Assembly: GCA_046290465.1 (NCBI GenBank)
Contig: JBKAGP010000001.1
Location: 5,024,001 to 5,088,000 of the forward strand
Origin: Planctomycetota bacterium
GTDB taxonomy: Bacteria; Planctomycetota; UBA1135; UBA2386
DNA: 64,000 bases
Reading direction: 5' to 3'
The position numbers and the translations under genes were made by a program. Positions within the stretch are counted from its first letter, which is position 1. The number at the start of each line of letters is the position of its first letter. Below the pieces are notes generated by a model. The model had not been told where the DNA came from. It ran no database searches and worked only from the letters and a program-made list of their open reading frames with translations. This document shows, piece after piece, positions 9,487-18,824 of the stretch.

Positions 9487-9879
9487 TTACAGCTCTTCGG
9501 GCAGTTCGTCCGGCACGTCGCCCTCGTTGCCGCGCACGACCACCAGGATCGCGCCGTGGGGGACCACCAGGTACTGCTCGTCCTCGAACGTGATCTCGAT
9601 CGCCGCCTTGCGGAAGAACAGCGCGTAGTCGCCGAGCCTGGCCTGCATCGGCAGGAAGCGCGGGTTGCGGTAGCCGTCCTTCCACGGCTCCTGTTCTTCG
9701 TTGGCCGGCGGCAGCGGCTGGCCGGGGCCGATCGCGATGACCTTGCCGCCCTGCACCTCCTCCTTCTCGACGACGTTGGCCGGCAGGTAGAGGCCGACCT
9801 TGGTCATGCGCTCCTTCTGCTCGGGCTTGACCAGCACGCGGTCGCCGACGACCAGGAGTTCCTTGTTGCCACGCTTCAT
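9487..9879 (-). CDS. groES: Co-chaperonin GroES-family protein (stand-alone)
   Basis: GDRVLVKP, TKVGLYLP and GKVIAIGPG motifs; no groEL adjacent. Confidence 0.85.
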   Translation of the reverse strand: MKRGNKELLVVGDRVLVKPEQKERMTKVGLYLPANVVEKEEVQGGKVIAIGPGQPLPPANEEQEPWKDGYRNPRFLPMQARLGDYALFFRKAAIEITFEDEQYLVVPHGAILVVVRGNEGDVPDELPEEL

Positions 9880-9952
9880 GAGACGGGCGCCACGATACGG
9901 TGGGAGCGCGCTCGCCGCATCCGTCAGGAGAGTCCCCTCGAACGTCCCGACC

Positions 9953-11428
9953 ATGCCCGCCTCGACCGTTCCCGACATCCGTATCCGTACCGCCAACGAC
10001 GGCGAACTGCGCGAGGACGGCGACTTCGTGCTCTACTGGATGATCGCGTCGCGTCGGCGGCTCGCGAACTTCTCGCTGCAGCGCGCGGTCGAGCTCGCCA
10101 ACGAGGTCGGCAAGCCGCTGCTGGTGCTCGAGGCGCTGCGCTGCGACTACCGGTGGGCCAGCGATCGCCTGCACGCCTTCGTGCTGCAGGGCATGGCCGA
10201 CAACCAGGTCGAGTTCGGCGACGCCGGGGTCACCTACCACGCCTATGTCGAGCCGGAGCAGGGGGCGGGCAAGGGGCTGCTCGAGGCCCTCTGCGAACGC
10301 GCGTGCGCCGTCGTCACCGACGACTTCCCGTGCTTCTTCCTGCCGCGCATGGTCGCCGCCGCCGCCGCGCGCTGCGACGTGCGCTTCGAGGTCGTCGACA
10401 GCAACGGCCTGCTGCCGATGCGCGCGGCCGACAAGGTGTTCCTGCGCGCGTTCGACTTCCGTCGCTTCCTGCAGAAGTCGCTGCCGCCGCACCTGTCGGA
10501 CTTTCCGGTGGGCGACCCGCTGCGCGGCTACGACCTCGGCGCGGCGAAGCTGCCGCGCGGCTTCGCCAAGCGTTGGCCGGCCGCCGACGAGGCTCTGTTG
10601 ACGGGCGACAGCGAGGAGCTGGCGGAGCTGCCGATCGACCACGACGTCGGGCCCGGGGCGCTGCGCGGCGGCCCGCGCGCGGCCGGCCAGGCGCTGCGCG
10701 CGTTCTTCGGCGATCGTCTCGATCGCTACGCGGACGAACGCAGCCACCCCGATTCGGACAGCCCCAGCGGCCTGTCGCCGTATCTGCACTTTGGGCACCT
10801 GTCGGCGCACCAGGTGTTCGCCGGCCTGGCGCAGCGCGAGGAGTGGACGAGGGATCGCATCGCCGAGAAGCAGGGCGGCCAGCGTGGTTGGTACGGCATG
10901 GGCGAGGCGGCCGAGGCGTTCCTCGACGAACTGGTCACGTGGCGCGAGCTCGGCTTCAACTACACGTCCCAGCGCGACGACTACGAGGACTACGAGTCGC
11001 TGCCGGAGTGGGCGCGCAAGACGCTCGAGAAGCACGCGCCGGACGAGCGCAGCCACCTCTACTCGCTCGACGAGTTCGCCGAGAGCCGCACCCACGACCG
11101 CGTCTGGAACGCCGCCCAGCGGCAGCTGCGCGAGACCGGCGTCATGCAGAACTACCTGCGCATGCTGTGGGGTAAGAAGGTGCTGGAGTGGTCGCGCAGC
11201 CCGCAGGAGGCGATGGCCGTGCTGATCGAACTGAACAACCGCTACGCGCTCGACGGCCGCAACCCCAACTCCTACAGCGGCATCTCCTGGGTGCTCGGCC
11301 GCTACGACCGGCCGTGGGCGCCGGAGCGGGACGTCTACGGCGTGATCCGTTACATGAGCTCCGACAACACCTTGCGCAAGCTTCGCATGAAGGGCTACAT
11401 GGCTCGCTGGGCCGACGAGGAGGACTGA
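9953..11428 (+). CDS. phr: Deoxyribodipyrimidine photolyase, class II-like
   Basis: VLYWM, SGLSPYLHFGHLS, FLDELVTWREL, THD..WNAAQ, YLRMLWGKK, LDGRNPNSY, DRPW and IRYM motifs. Confidence 0.93.
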   Translation: MPASTVPDIRIRTANDGELREDGDFVLYWMIASRRRLANFSLQRAVELANEVGKPLLVLEALRCDYRWASDRLHAFVLQGMADNQVEFGDAGVTYHAYVEPEQGAGKGLLEALCERACAVVTDDFPCFFLPRMVAAAAARCDVRFEVVDSNGLLPMRAADKVFLRAFDFRRFLQKSLPPHLSDFPVGDPLRGYDLGAAKLPRGFAKRWPAADEALLTGDSEELAELPIDHDVGPGALRGGPRAAGQALRAFFGDRLDRYADERSHPDSDSPSGLSPYLHFGHLSAHQVFAGLAQREEWTRDRIAEKQGGQRGWYGMGEAAEAFLDELVTWRELGFNYTSQRDDYEDYESLPEWARKTLEKHAPDERSHLYSLDEFAESRTHDRVWNAAQRQLRETGVMQNYLRMLWGKKVLEWSRSPQEAMAVLIELNNRYALDGRNPNSYSGISWVLGRYDRPWAPERDVYGVIRYMSSDNTLRKLRMKGYMARWADEED

Positions 11429-11555
11429 TCCGCGGGCGGTCGTGCCGGGGTGGTCGGGTCGGTTGTCCCTTTGCAGCACGAGCTGCTGCGGCGCAGCGGT
11501 TCGAAGCGCGATCCGGTGCAGGCGCCGACGCAGCGGCGGTCGAACTGACCGTGCG

Positions 11556-12554
11556 CTACTCGCCGAACAGGCGCGACAGGAAGCCCTCGTCGCCGAAGCG
11601 CGTGCGCGAGCCGGTCTTGCCCAGCCGCACGACCAGCAGCTTTCGCGACGGGATGATGTAGAGCTTCTGGTTGAACATGCCCGCAGCCGAGACCGTGTCC
11701 TTCGGGATGCGCTCGCTGCGCGCGCGCTTGCCGACGAGCCAGAAGTTGAGGCCGTAGACCGGATTGGCCTTGCTGCCGACGAAGCACTCGTCGAAGCGTG
11801 CGGTTGGCACGATCTGTCGTTCGCCGTGCTTGCCGCGGTTGAGCACCAGCAGGCCGAACTTGGCCCACTCGCGCGCCGTCATGTAGGCGCCGTAGGGCAG
11901 CGCCGGGTTGCCCTTGGCGTCGCGCAGCCACGAGGCGAACCGGCAGTCGATCGGCTGCAGCACGCGGTCCTTCAGGTAGGCGACGAAGTCGCGCGGTTGT
12001 TGTTCGCCCTCCTTGGCGCTGGCTGCGAGCTTCCGCTTGAGCACCTCGCCGAACACCATCAGGTGGTTGGAGCCGTAGCGGAACCGCTTGCCCGGCGCGC
12101 GCACGCCGTCGCAGTCGATCGACGCGGCGTACTTGTCCCGCGTGCGGATCGAATGCAGCTCCGTGTCGATGTTCTTCAGGCCGCTGGTGAAGTTCAGCAG
12201 GTGGCGGATCGTGATCTGCTCCTTGAGCTCGTCGCCGCGCCACTCGGGGATCGTCTCGCAGACCAACTCGTCCAGGGTCAGCAAGCCTTCCTGTTCGGCG
12301 ATCAGCGCCACCATCGGCGCGAACGATTTGGTGCCGCTGAAGATGTGCTGCGCTTTGTCGCGGCGGTGGCCGTTCTGGTAGCGCTCGAACACGAGCTGGT
12401 CCCGGTCGTAGACGAGCACGGCGAGGCCGGCGTGTTCCTCGGAGTAGTCGGCGGCCGTATCGAAGTCGAGCTTCGGCGCGTTCGTGCCGGTGTCCTGCGC
12501 GCACGGTGTGGCCGCCAGCAACGAGATCGCGAACAACGCGGGGAGGATGCGCAT
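11556..12554 (-). CDS. Secreted serine hydrolase, beta-lactamase class C-like
   Basis: SGTK (SxxK), ITIRHLLNFTSG, FRYGSN and YGLNFW motifs; signal peptide. Confidence 0.88.
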   Translation of the reverse strand: MRILPALFAISLLAATPCAQDTGTNAPKLDFDTAADYSEEHAGLAVLVYDRDQLVFERYQNGHRRDKAQHIFSGTKSFAPMVALIAEQEGLLTLDELVCETIPEWRGDELKEQITIRHLLNFTSGLKNIDTELHSIRTRDKYAASIDCDGVRAPGKRFRYGSNHLMVFGEVLKRKLAASAKEGEQQPRDFVAYLKDRVLQPIDCRFASWLRDAKGNPALPYGAYMTAREWAKFGLLVLNRGKHGERQIVPTARFDECFVGSKANPVYGLNFWLVGKRARSERIPKDTVSAAGMFNQKLYIIPSRKLLVVRLGKTGSRTRFGDEGFLSRLFGE

Positions 12555-12589
12555 GGCTGCATGCTAGCCGGCGCGGCTACGCTTGGGGC

Positions 12590-14089
12590 ATGCGCCGGCT
12601 GCTCGTGCTCGGGTTCGTGGGTTGGCTGCTCGCCGGGCTGCGTGCCCAGGAGCAGCGGCCGCACATCGTGTTCATCCTCGCCGACGACCTCGGCTGGACC
12701 GACCTGTCGACCGGGCGGACCAACGGCGGCAACGGCTCGCCCTACCACCGGACGCCGAACCTCGACGCGCTGGCCGAGCGCGGCACGTGCTTCGTCAACG
12801 CCTACAGCAACGGTCCCAACTGTGCGCCGACGCGCGCGGCGCTGTGGAGCGGGCAGTGGGGGGCGAGGACCGGGATCTACACGGTCGGCAGCGGCAACCG
12901 CGGTCGCGGACGGTTCCGCAAGCTCGATGCGGCGGCCAACGAGACGACGCTGTCGGGCGATGCGGTGACGTTGGCGGAGGCGATCAAGGCGGCCGGCTAC
13001 GCGACCGCGCACTTCGGCAAGTGGCACCTCGGCAACCGGGGCGACGGCGCGTCGCCGACCGACCAGGGCTTCGACCATCAGGTCGGCGGCGACCACCGCG
13101 GCGGCATCGGTCGGCTCAGCCACTTCACCGACGAGCAAGGTGCGATGCCGATCCCCGGCATGAAGGCGAACGGCAAGGCGAGGCAGTTCGTCGCCGATCG
13201 TCTGACCGACGAGGCGATCGACTGGCTCGGTGGCGTGCGCGACGCGCCGGCGTTCTGCTGCATCAGCCACTACTCGGTGCACACGCCGATCCAGGCGCCG
13301 AAGGCGGACCTCGAGGCGACGCCGCAGCCGCCGCCGGACGCGCGGCATCGGCACCGCCGCTATGCGGCGATGATGAAGAACCTCGACGACAACGTCGGGC
13401 GCGTGATGACGTTCTTGGCGGCGACCGACGATCCGCTGCGCCCGGGGCAGAAGCTGCTGGCGAACACGCTGGTGGTGTTCACGTCGGACAACGGCGGCCT
13501 CGGCGGGTATCGCAAGGCCGGCATCGAGGGCGGCCAGGAGGTCACCGACCAGACGCCGCTGCGGGCCGGCAAGGGGTCGCTGCACGAGGGCGGCATCCGC
13601 GTGCCGTTCGTCGTGCGCTGGGACGGCAGGGTCGTCGCCGGTGGCGCCGACGACACGCCGCTGCAGCTGTTCGACCTGTATCCGACGTTGGTGGCGATCG
13701 CGGGCGGCGCGCTGCCGGCGGACCACGCGGTGGACGGGGTCGACCTGTCCGGCCGGTGGGCGGCGACGCCCGCCGCCGTCGCGTCGCGCCCGCTGTTCTG
13801 GCACTTCCCCGGCTACCTGGAGGCGAGCGGCAAGAACGGCACCTGGCGCACGACGCCGGCCGCCGCGATCCGCGACGGGGACCTCAAGGCGATCTTCTGG
13901 TTCGAGCAGCGTCGCTGGACCCTCTACGACCTCGCCGCGGACATCAGCGAATCCCACGACCTCGCCGGCAAGCGCCCGGCCGACCTGCGCCGCCTGGCTA
14001 CGCAACTCCGCGCCTGGCTCACCCGCACCAACGCCCCGTTGCCCCACCACAAGGACGGCACCCCCGCAGCCCTGCCCCCAACAAGGTAG
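12590..14089 (+). CDS. Formylglycine-dependent sulfatase (arylsulfatase A-like), secreted
   Basis: HIVFILADDLG, CAPTRAAL, GKWHLG, FTSDNGG and GKGSLHEGGIRVP motifs. Confidence 0.95.
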   Translation: MRRLLVLGFVGWLLAGLRAQEQRPHIVFILADDLGWTDLSTGRTNGGNGSPYHRTPNLDALAERGTCFVNAYSNGPNCAPTRAALWSGQWGARTGIYTVGSGNRGRGRFRKLDAAANETTLSGDAVTLAEAIKAAGYATAHFGKWHLGNRGDGASPTDQGFDHQVGGDHRGGIGRLSHFTDEQGAMPIPGMKANGKARQFVADRLTDEAIDWLGGVRDAPAFCCISHYSVHTPIQAPKADLEATPQPPPDARHRHRRYAAMMKNLDDNVGRVMTFLAATDDPLRPGQKLLANTLVVFTSDNGGLGGYRKAGIEGGQEVTDQTPLRAGKGSLHEGGIRVPFVVRWDGRVVAGGADDTPLQLFDLYPTLVAIAGGALPADHAVDGVDLSGRWAATPAAVASRPLFWHFPGYLEASGKNGTWRTTPAAAIRDGDLKAIFWFEQRRWTLYDLAADISESHDLAGKRPADLRRLATQLRAWLTRTNAPLPHHKDGTPAALPPTR

Positions 14090-14104
14090 GGGCTGTCCGA
14101 TCGT

Positions 14105-14152
14105 GGCAGTCCGGTAGTCGGGCAGTCTGGCAGTCCGGCAGTCGGGCAGTCC
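14105..14152. repeat. Six tandem 8-bp units GG(C/T)AGTCN
   Basis: ggcagtcc ggtagtcg ggcagtct ggcagtcc ggcagtcg ggcagtcc between convergent genes. Confidence 0.9.
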
Positions 14153-14165
14153 GGTTCCGCGCGGG

Positions 14166-15065
14166 TTACTCGAGGTGCCGCGGCAGCTCGAGTTCGTCGA
14201 GTTCTGCGAACAGCGCCTCCTCGGCGCCGTCGGCCAGCGGTGGCACCGGCTCGCGCACGCCACCGACGTCGACGCCGAGGTACTTCATCGTGGCCTTCGC
14301 GGCGGCCAGGTAGCCGTGGCTCGTGAGGCGCTCGACCAGCAGCGCCACGTAGCTCTGCTGCTGGCGCGCGGTCTCGAGATCCCCGGCCGAGAACGATTCG
14401 AGCAGGCGATGGTAGACCGGCATCGCGAAGTTGTAGGTGCTGCCCATCGCGCCGTGGGCGCCCAGTGCGATGCCGGTGACGACCTGCTCGTCGCAGCCCC
14501 AGTAGAGCCGCAGCGCGTCGCCGTGCTCGCGGCGCACCGCCTGGAAGTCGAGCACGTCCGGGTGCGTGAACTTGATGCCGGTGAAGCTCGGGATCCGTTC
14601 GCGTGCGAGCCGCGCGAACGGCGCCATCGGCACGTGCACGTGCGACAGCACCGGGATGTGGTCGTAGACGAACGGCAGGTCGGTGGCCGCGTCGGCGACC
14701 TCGGCGCACGCCGCGACCAGCCGTTCGACGTCGCGGATCGCGAGCCAGCTCGGCGGCGCCGCGCAGATGCCGTTGGCGCCGATCTCGGCGGCGTGTTCGG
14801 CGAGCGCGGCGGCGTCGCGCAGGCTGTTGTGGCCGACGTGCACCCACAGCTCCAGCGCGCCACCGGCCTCGGCCCAGCGCGAGGCGAGCGCGCGGCGCTC
14901 GTCGCAGGTCAGCGAGCATCCCTCGCCGGTGCTGCCGGCGACCAGCACGCCGTTGACGCCGAGCCTGCGCAGGTGCTCGGCCTGGCGGCGAACGGCGCGC
15001 AGCGCGAGGTCGCCGTTCTGGGCGAACGGCGTGTGAGGGGCGGCGATCCAGTCGAACTCGGGCAT
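14166..15065 (-). CDS. N-acetylneuraminate lyase / DHDPS-family aldolase
   Basis: APHTPF, GSTGE, HVG, GIKFT (Schiff-base Lys), GCDE and GSTYN motifs resemble NanA-like lyases. Confidence 0.85.
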   Translation of the reverse strand: MPEFDWIAAPHTPFAQNGDLALRAVRRQAEHLRRLGVNGVLVAGSTGEGCSLTCDERRALASRWAEAGGALELWVHVGHNSLRDAAALAEHAAEIGANGICAAPPSWLAIRDVERLVAACAEVADAATDLPFVYDHIPVLSHVHVPMAPFARLARERIPSFTGIKFTHPDVLDFQAVRREHGDALRLYWGCDEQVVTGIALGAHGAMGSTYNFAMPVYHRLLESFSAGDLETARQQQSYVALLVERLTSHGYLAAAKATMKYLGVDVGGVREPVPPLADGAEEALFAELDELELPRHLE

Positions 15066-15120
15066 GGTGCAGTTCTCGCGAACTGCACCTGTACCCGAGC
15101 AAGGCCGCCGCGCCCAGCTT

Positions 15121-15290
15121 CTAGGAGCGCGTCCATGTAGTGGACGCGCTGCCGACCGTGATCGCGGAAGCGGCGTCTGCGCGTGCGGACGGGGCTTTGC
15201 CCACTAGGAGCGCGTCCATGTAGTGGACGCGCTGCCGACCGTGATCGCGGAAGCGGCGTCTGCGCGTGCGGACGGGGCTTTGCCCACTAG
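15121..15290 (+). repeat. Two tandem copies of an 83-bp CTAG-bounded element
   Basis: Identical units at 15121-15203 and 15204-15286, closed by CTAG 15287-15290; internal hairpin AGCGCGTCCA-TGTAG-TGGACGCGCT. Confidence 0.97.
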
Positions 15291-17614
15291 CGGATGCCGC
15301 CGCGACGGCGGCGGCGATCGGCGCTGCGACGATCCGCGTCCTCGGCCGCCATCTCCGTCTTGATGGCAGCCCACTTCCGCGCCGCCTCGTCCTTGCTCAG
15401 GTCGCCGCGCCGGACCGCGGCCTCGATGCGCGCCTCCAACGCCTTCAGGTCGCGGCCGCCCTGCCGGGCCGACTTCTTCCTGGCCTCGGCCTGCGCCTTG
15501 CGCTCGGCCTTCTTCTTGGCCGCCATCTCCTTGCGCAGCGCGTTCCACTTCTTCTTGGCGTCCTGCTTGCTGAGGTCGCCGCGCTCGACGGCCGCGTCGA
15601 GTGCGGCGCGCAGGTCCTGCAGCTGCTTCCTCGCGTCGTCGGCGCGCGCGTCCCGCTGCGGCGCCCTGCCGTCGGTAGCGCGCTTGTCGACGGGCTTGTC
15701 GCTCTGCAGCTGCGTCCACTTCTGCCGCGCTTCCTGCCGGCTGAGGTCGCCGCGCTCGACCGCAGCTTCGAGGCGGCGACGAACGGCTTCGCCGCGGTCG
15801 GCGCGGTCGGTCTTCGCGGCGCGGGCGCGCTGCTTCTCGACCTCGGCGAGCTTGCGGCGGTAGGCCTCGATCTTGTCGGTCATCTGCTCGACCTTGCGGG
15901 CCATGTCCTCGCGCTCGAGCTTGCCGTTCTTGACGGCGACCTCGAGTTGGCGGCGAACGTCCTCGTACTGCGCGCGGGCCGCGCGGTAGGCGTCGCGCGC
16001 GTCGGTGCGCGCCTGCGCCCCGCGCGGATCCTGCTGCTGCTTCTTCTCCGCGTACTCCTTCCACAGGCGCGCGGCCTGTTCGCGGTCGATGCGGCCGTTG
16101 TCGATCGCTGCACCGAGGCGCTTCTTGTACTCGGCGGCGCGCTCGTCCCGCCCGTCGCGGTCGCGGCGCTCGCGCAGCTCGCGCGTGCGCGCCTCGAGAT
16201 CGCGTTGGCGGTCCTGCAGCTCGCGCTGGCGACGGATCAGCTCGCGGCGCTCGCTCTCGTCGCGGTCGCGCCGGCGAACCCGTTCGACCTGCCGGTCGGC
16301 AGCCTCGCGGTCGAGCTGTTCCTGACGCTTCGCGGTCTCGAGTTCGAGTTGCGCCATGCGCTCCCGCAGGATCTTGCGGGCCTCGGACGGGTCGACGCGG
16401 CCCGAGTCGATCGCGGCCTTCAGGCGGCGCCGCATCGCCTCGGCGCGTTCCTTCAGCTCGTCGGCCTGGTTGCGGTCGCGGCTTGCGTCGCGGCCGCGCG
16501 GCTCCTGCTTCGCTGCGGACTTCTTCAGCGCGCCGAGCATCGTCCGCATGTCCTGCTTGCTGAGTTCTCCGGCCTTGACCGCGCGCTCGAGGCGCTCGGA
16601 AACGGCCTCGACATCCGGGTTCTGGGCGTAGGCGACGCCGAGCGGCATCAGCAGCGCGGCGCACGCGGCGAGCGTGCCCTGCAGCCAGCGCGGCACCGTC
16701 TTGACGGGGGTCTTGGAAACGATCATCTCGAACCTCTTCTGGAGGAAGCCGCCGCTGTTGATCTCGCTCGCCATCGCCGGTGGGCGGGGCCCCGGCATGG
16801 CGAGGAACTCGACCGCTGCGAGCAGCGAGTTCGCGTAGGAGTGTCGCGAGCCCTGCAGCGTGCGCATCACCAGCGCATCGCAGCAGACCTCTTCGTTGGC
16901 GCGCAGGTTGCGGCGCGCCCACCACGTGACCGGGTTCCACCAGAACGCCACGCACGTCAGCCACTCGATCCAGCGCACCAGGTGGTCACCGCGCCGGACG
17001 TGGCCGAGTTCGTGGGCGAGGATCCAGCGGAGCTGGTCGTCGGGCAGCTGCGTGGCCATCTCGACCGGCAGGTAGATCTGCACGCGTCCGCCGAGCCACC
17101 AGACCATCGGCGTGACGCGCGCGGTGGTGACGTACAGGTCGGGGGCGCGGCGCAGGCCGAAGCGGTGGCTGAGCGCGGCAAGCTGCGCCGTCAGGGCTGG
17201 CGGCGTGGTCGCACGCGAGCGACGCAGCAGCCGCTGGAACGTCGCGACGCGGGTGAGCGACCAGCAGAGCACGACGGCGCTGCCGAGCAGCCACGCGCAC
17301 ACGAGCAGCGTGCCGGCGCCCGGCAGCGACCAGGTCGCGGCGTCGGCCAGCGGTTCGACTTCGGCCATCGCGGGCAGGGCGGCGTCGACGTGGACCGGGA
17401 GCTGGTCCGCGGTCGGCGACGCCGCCTCGGCCGGCAACGGCACGATCGGCAGCGTGAACAGCGGCGGCGTCAGCAGCTTGACGAGGGCCAGCGTCCACAG
17501 CAGGTGCGCGACCATCGGCCGGCGCAGCCGCGTCTGCGCGGTCCACGCGCAGCCGGCCAGCGCAGCCGAGACCAGCAGGTTGCCGGCGACGAAGTGCAGC
17601 AGGTAGTCGCTCAT
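15287..17614 (-). CDS. BlaR1/M56 family membrane metallopeptidase with long helical-repeat C-terminus
   Basis: ILAHELGH zinc motif, FWWNP, EEVCCD, N-terminal TM helices; overlaps the blaI-like gene by 4 nt. Confidence 0.92.
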   Translation of the reverse strand: MSDYLLHFVAGNLLVSAALAGCAWTAQTRLRRPMVAHLLWTLALVKLLTPPLFTLPIVPLPAEAASPTADQLPVHVDAALPAMAEVEPLADAATWSLPGAGTLLVCAWLLGSAVVLCWSLTRVATFQRLLRRSRATTPPALTAQLAALSHRFGLRRAPDLYVTTARVTPMVWWLGGRVQIYLPVEMATQLPDDQLRWILAHELGHVRRGDHLVRWIEWLTCVAFWWNPVTWWARRNLRANEEVCCDALVMRTLQGSRHSYANSLLAAVEFLAMPGPRPPAMASEINSGGFLQKRFEMIVSKTPVKTVPRWLQGTLAACAALLMPLGVAYAQNPDVEAVSERLERAVKAGELSKQDMRTMLGALKKSAAKQEPRGRDASRDRNQADELKERAEAMRRRLKAAIDSGRVDPSEARKILRERMAQLELETAKRQEQLDREAADRQVERVRRRDRDESERRELIRRQRELQDRQRDLEARTRELRERRDRDGRDERAAEYKKRLGAAIDNGRIDREQAARLWKEYAEKKQQQDPRGAQARTDARDAYRAARAQYEDVRRQLEVAVKNGKLEREDMARKVEQMTDKIEAYRRKLAEVEKQRARAAKTDRADRGEAVRRRLEAAVERGDLSRQEARQKWTQLQSDKPVDKRATDGRAPQRDARADDARKQLQDLRAALDAAVERGDLSKQDAKKKWNALRKEMAAKKKAERKAQAEARKKSARQGGRDLKALEARIEAAVRRGDLSKDEAARKWAAIKTEMAAEDADRRSADRRRRRGGIR

Positions 17615-17991
17615 GCTTCCTCCTCGCGGCTGCGGTCGAGCAGCGCACGGAGCTGCGCGATGTCGTCGGACGAGATCCGGTTGGCGTCGAGCAGGTGGGT
17701 GAGCAGCGGCGCCAGCGAGCCGCCGGTGAGCTTGTCGGCGAGCGACTCGAGCTGGCTGCCGGCGTAGGCCTCGCGGGTCAGGGTCGTCGCGAACAGGTGC
17801 ACCGGCAGGCTGCGGTCGCGGCGCACGAACCCCTTGTCCTCGAGCCGCTGCAGCAGGCGCTGCACGGTGCCGTGCTGCGCCTTGTCCGCGCCGGGGTAGA
17901 GCTGCTCGCGGATCTGCCGCGCGGTCTGCGGCTGCTCGCTCCAGAGCAGCTCCATGATGGCCAGTTCGGCGTTCGCGAGCGGTTGGGTCAT
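17611..17991 (-). CDS. BlaI/MecI/CopY family repressor
   Basis: LANAELAIMELLW, TVQRLLQRLEDKGFV and GGSLAPLLTHL motifs. Confidence 0.93.
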   Translation of the reverse strand: MTQPLANAELAIMELLWSEQPQTARQIREQLYPGADKAQHGTVQRLLQRLEDKGFVRRDRSLPVHLFATTLTREAYAGSQLESLADKLTGGSLAPLLTHLLDANRISSDDIAQLRALLDRSREEEA

Positions 17992-18015
17992 GTTCGGCGT
18001 GATTCGATCTGGTCG

Positions 18016-18063
18016 GATACGACAGGTTGTCGCATGTCTACGACTGCTTGTCGTATCTGTCAA
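18016..18063 (-). promoter_or_regulatory. Tandem palindromic operator boxes and -35 element of the blaI-blaR promoter
   Basis: TACGAC-N5-GTCGCA (18018-18034) and TACGAC-N5-GTCGTA (18039-18055); TTGACA on the minus strand at 18063-18058. Confidence 0.8.
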
Positions 18064-18128
18064 CCGCCATCGGCATGGGGATCTGCCCTGCTGGAGCCGG
18101 CCTGCTCGGGGGCGGGTGGTCTGTGGGT

Positions 18129-18740
18129 TCAGGTGCCGGTCGCGTTCCAGGCGAGGATCAGGGCGCGGCGCCAGTCGTCGGTCCGGTTGGCCGCCGTGTG
18201 GTGCGCGACCAGCTCGTGGTAGACCAGCGCGCTGCCGGCTTCGGTCGCGGCGTGGCGGGTCTCGCCGTGGATCGCGTCGCTGCAGGACGGCAGGTCGGTG
18301 CCGTGCATCCGGTGCGGCAGCAGTTCGCCCGGGAGGTGGCTGCCAGGCAGGAACCCGAAGCAGCCGTTGTGTTCGTCGGTGCGGTCGATCGCGAGCCAGG
18401 TGGTGACCGTCGTGGGCCGCGAGTCCGGCCAGAACCGGCGATCCTGGTGCCAGCCGATCGCGCCGCCGGGTTCGTTGGGCGGCTTTGCATACCACTGCGC
18501 GAACGCGAGCTTCGCCTCGACCTCGAGGCAGCTGCTGGCCAGCCCGCGGCAGCGTGCGACCAGCGATTCGGGCAGCACGCGTTCGCTTGCGGGGCCGACG
18601 AAGATCCGATCGAGCGGGATCAGCGTCGGGTACTCGACCGTCAGCAGGGTGCGTTCGCCAGCAGTGATGACGTCCGGCACGACGACGAAGCCGTCGGCGC
18701 GGTAGCGGGTGAGCTGCTCGTCGGTGAGCTGGTCCGGCAC
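18129..18740 (-). CDS. PhyH-family Fe(II)/2-oxoglutarate dioxygenase
   Basis: YRADGFVVV, AKPP, WHQD, WLAID..NGC...PGSH, HHT..N and RRAL motifs. Confidence 0.88.
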   Translation of the reverse strand: MPDQLTDEQLTRYRADGFVVVPDVITAGERTLLTVEYPTLIPLDRIFVGPASERVLPESLVARCRGLASSCLEVEAKLAFAQWYAKPPNEPGGAIGWHQDRRFWPDSRPTTVTTWLAIDRTDEHNGCFGFLPGSHLPGELLPHRMHGTDLPSCSDAIHGETRHAATEAGSALVYHELVAHHTAANRTDDWRRALILAWNATGT

Positions 18741-18824
18741 CGCCGCATGATACGACGTCCGGCCGGATCGCGCGCCGCGGGCCGATGCCCGCGGCGCGGC
18801 GGTCTCGGGACCGCCTGCGAACTT

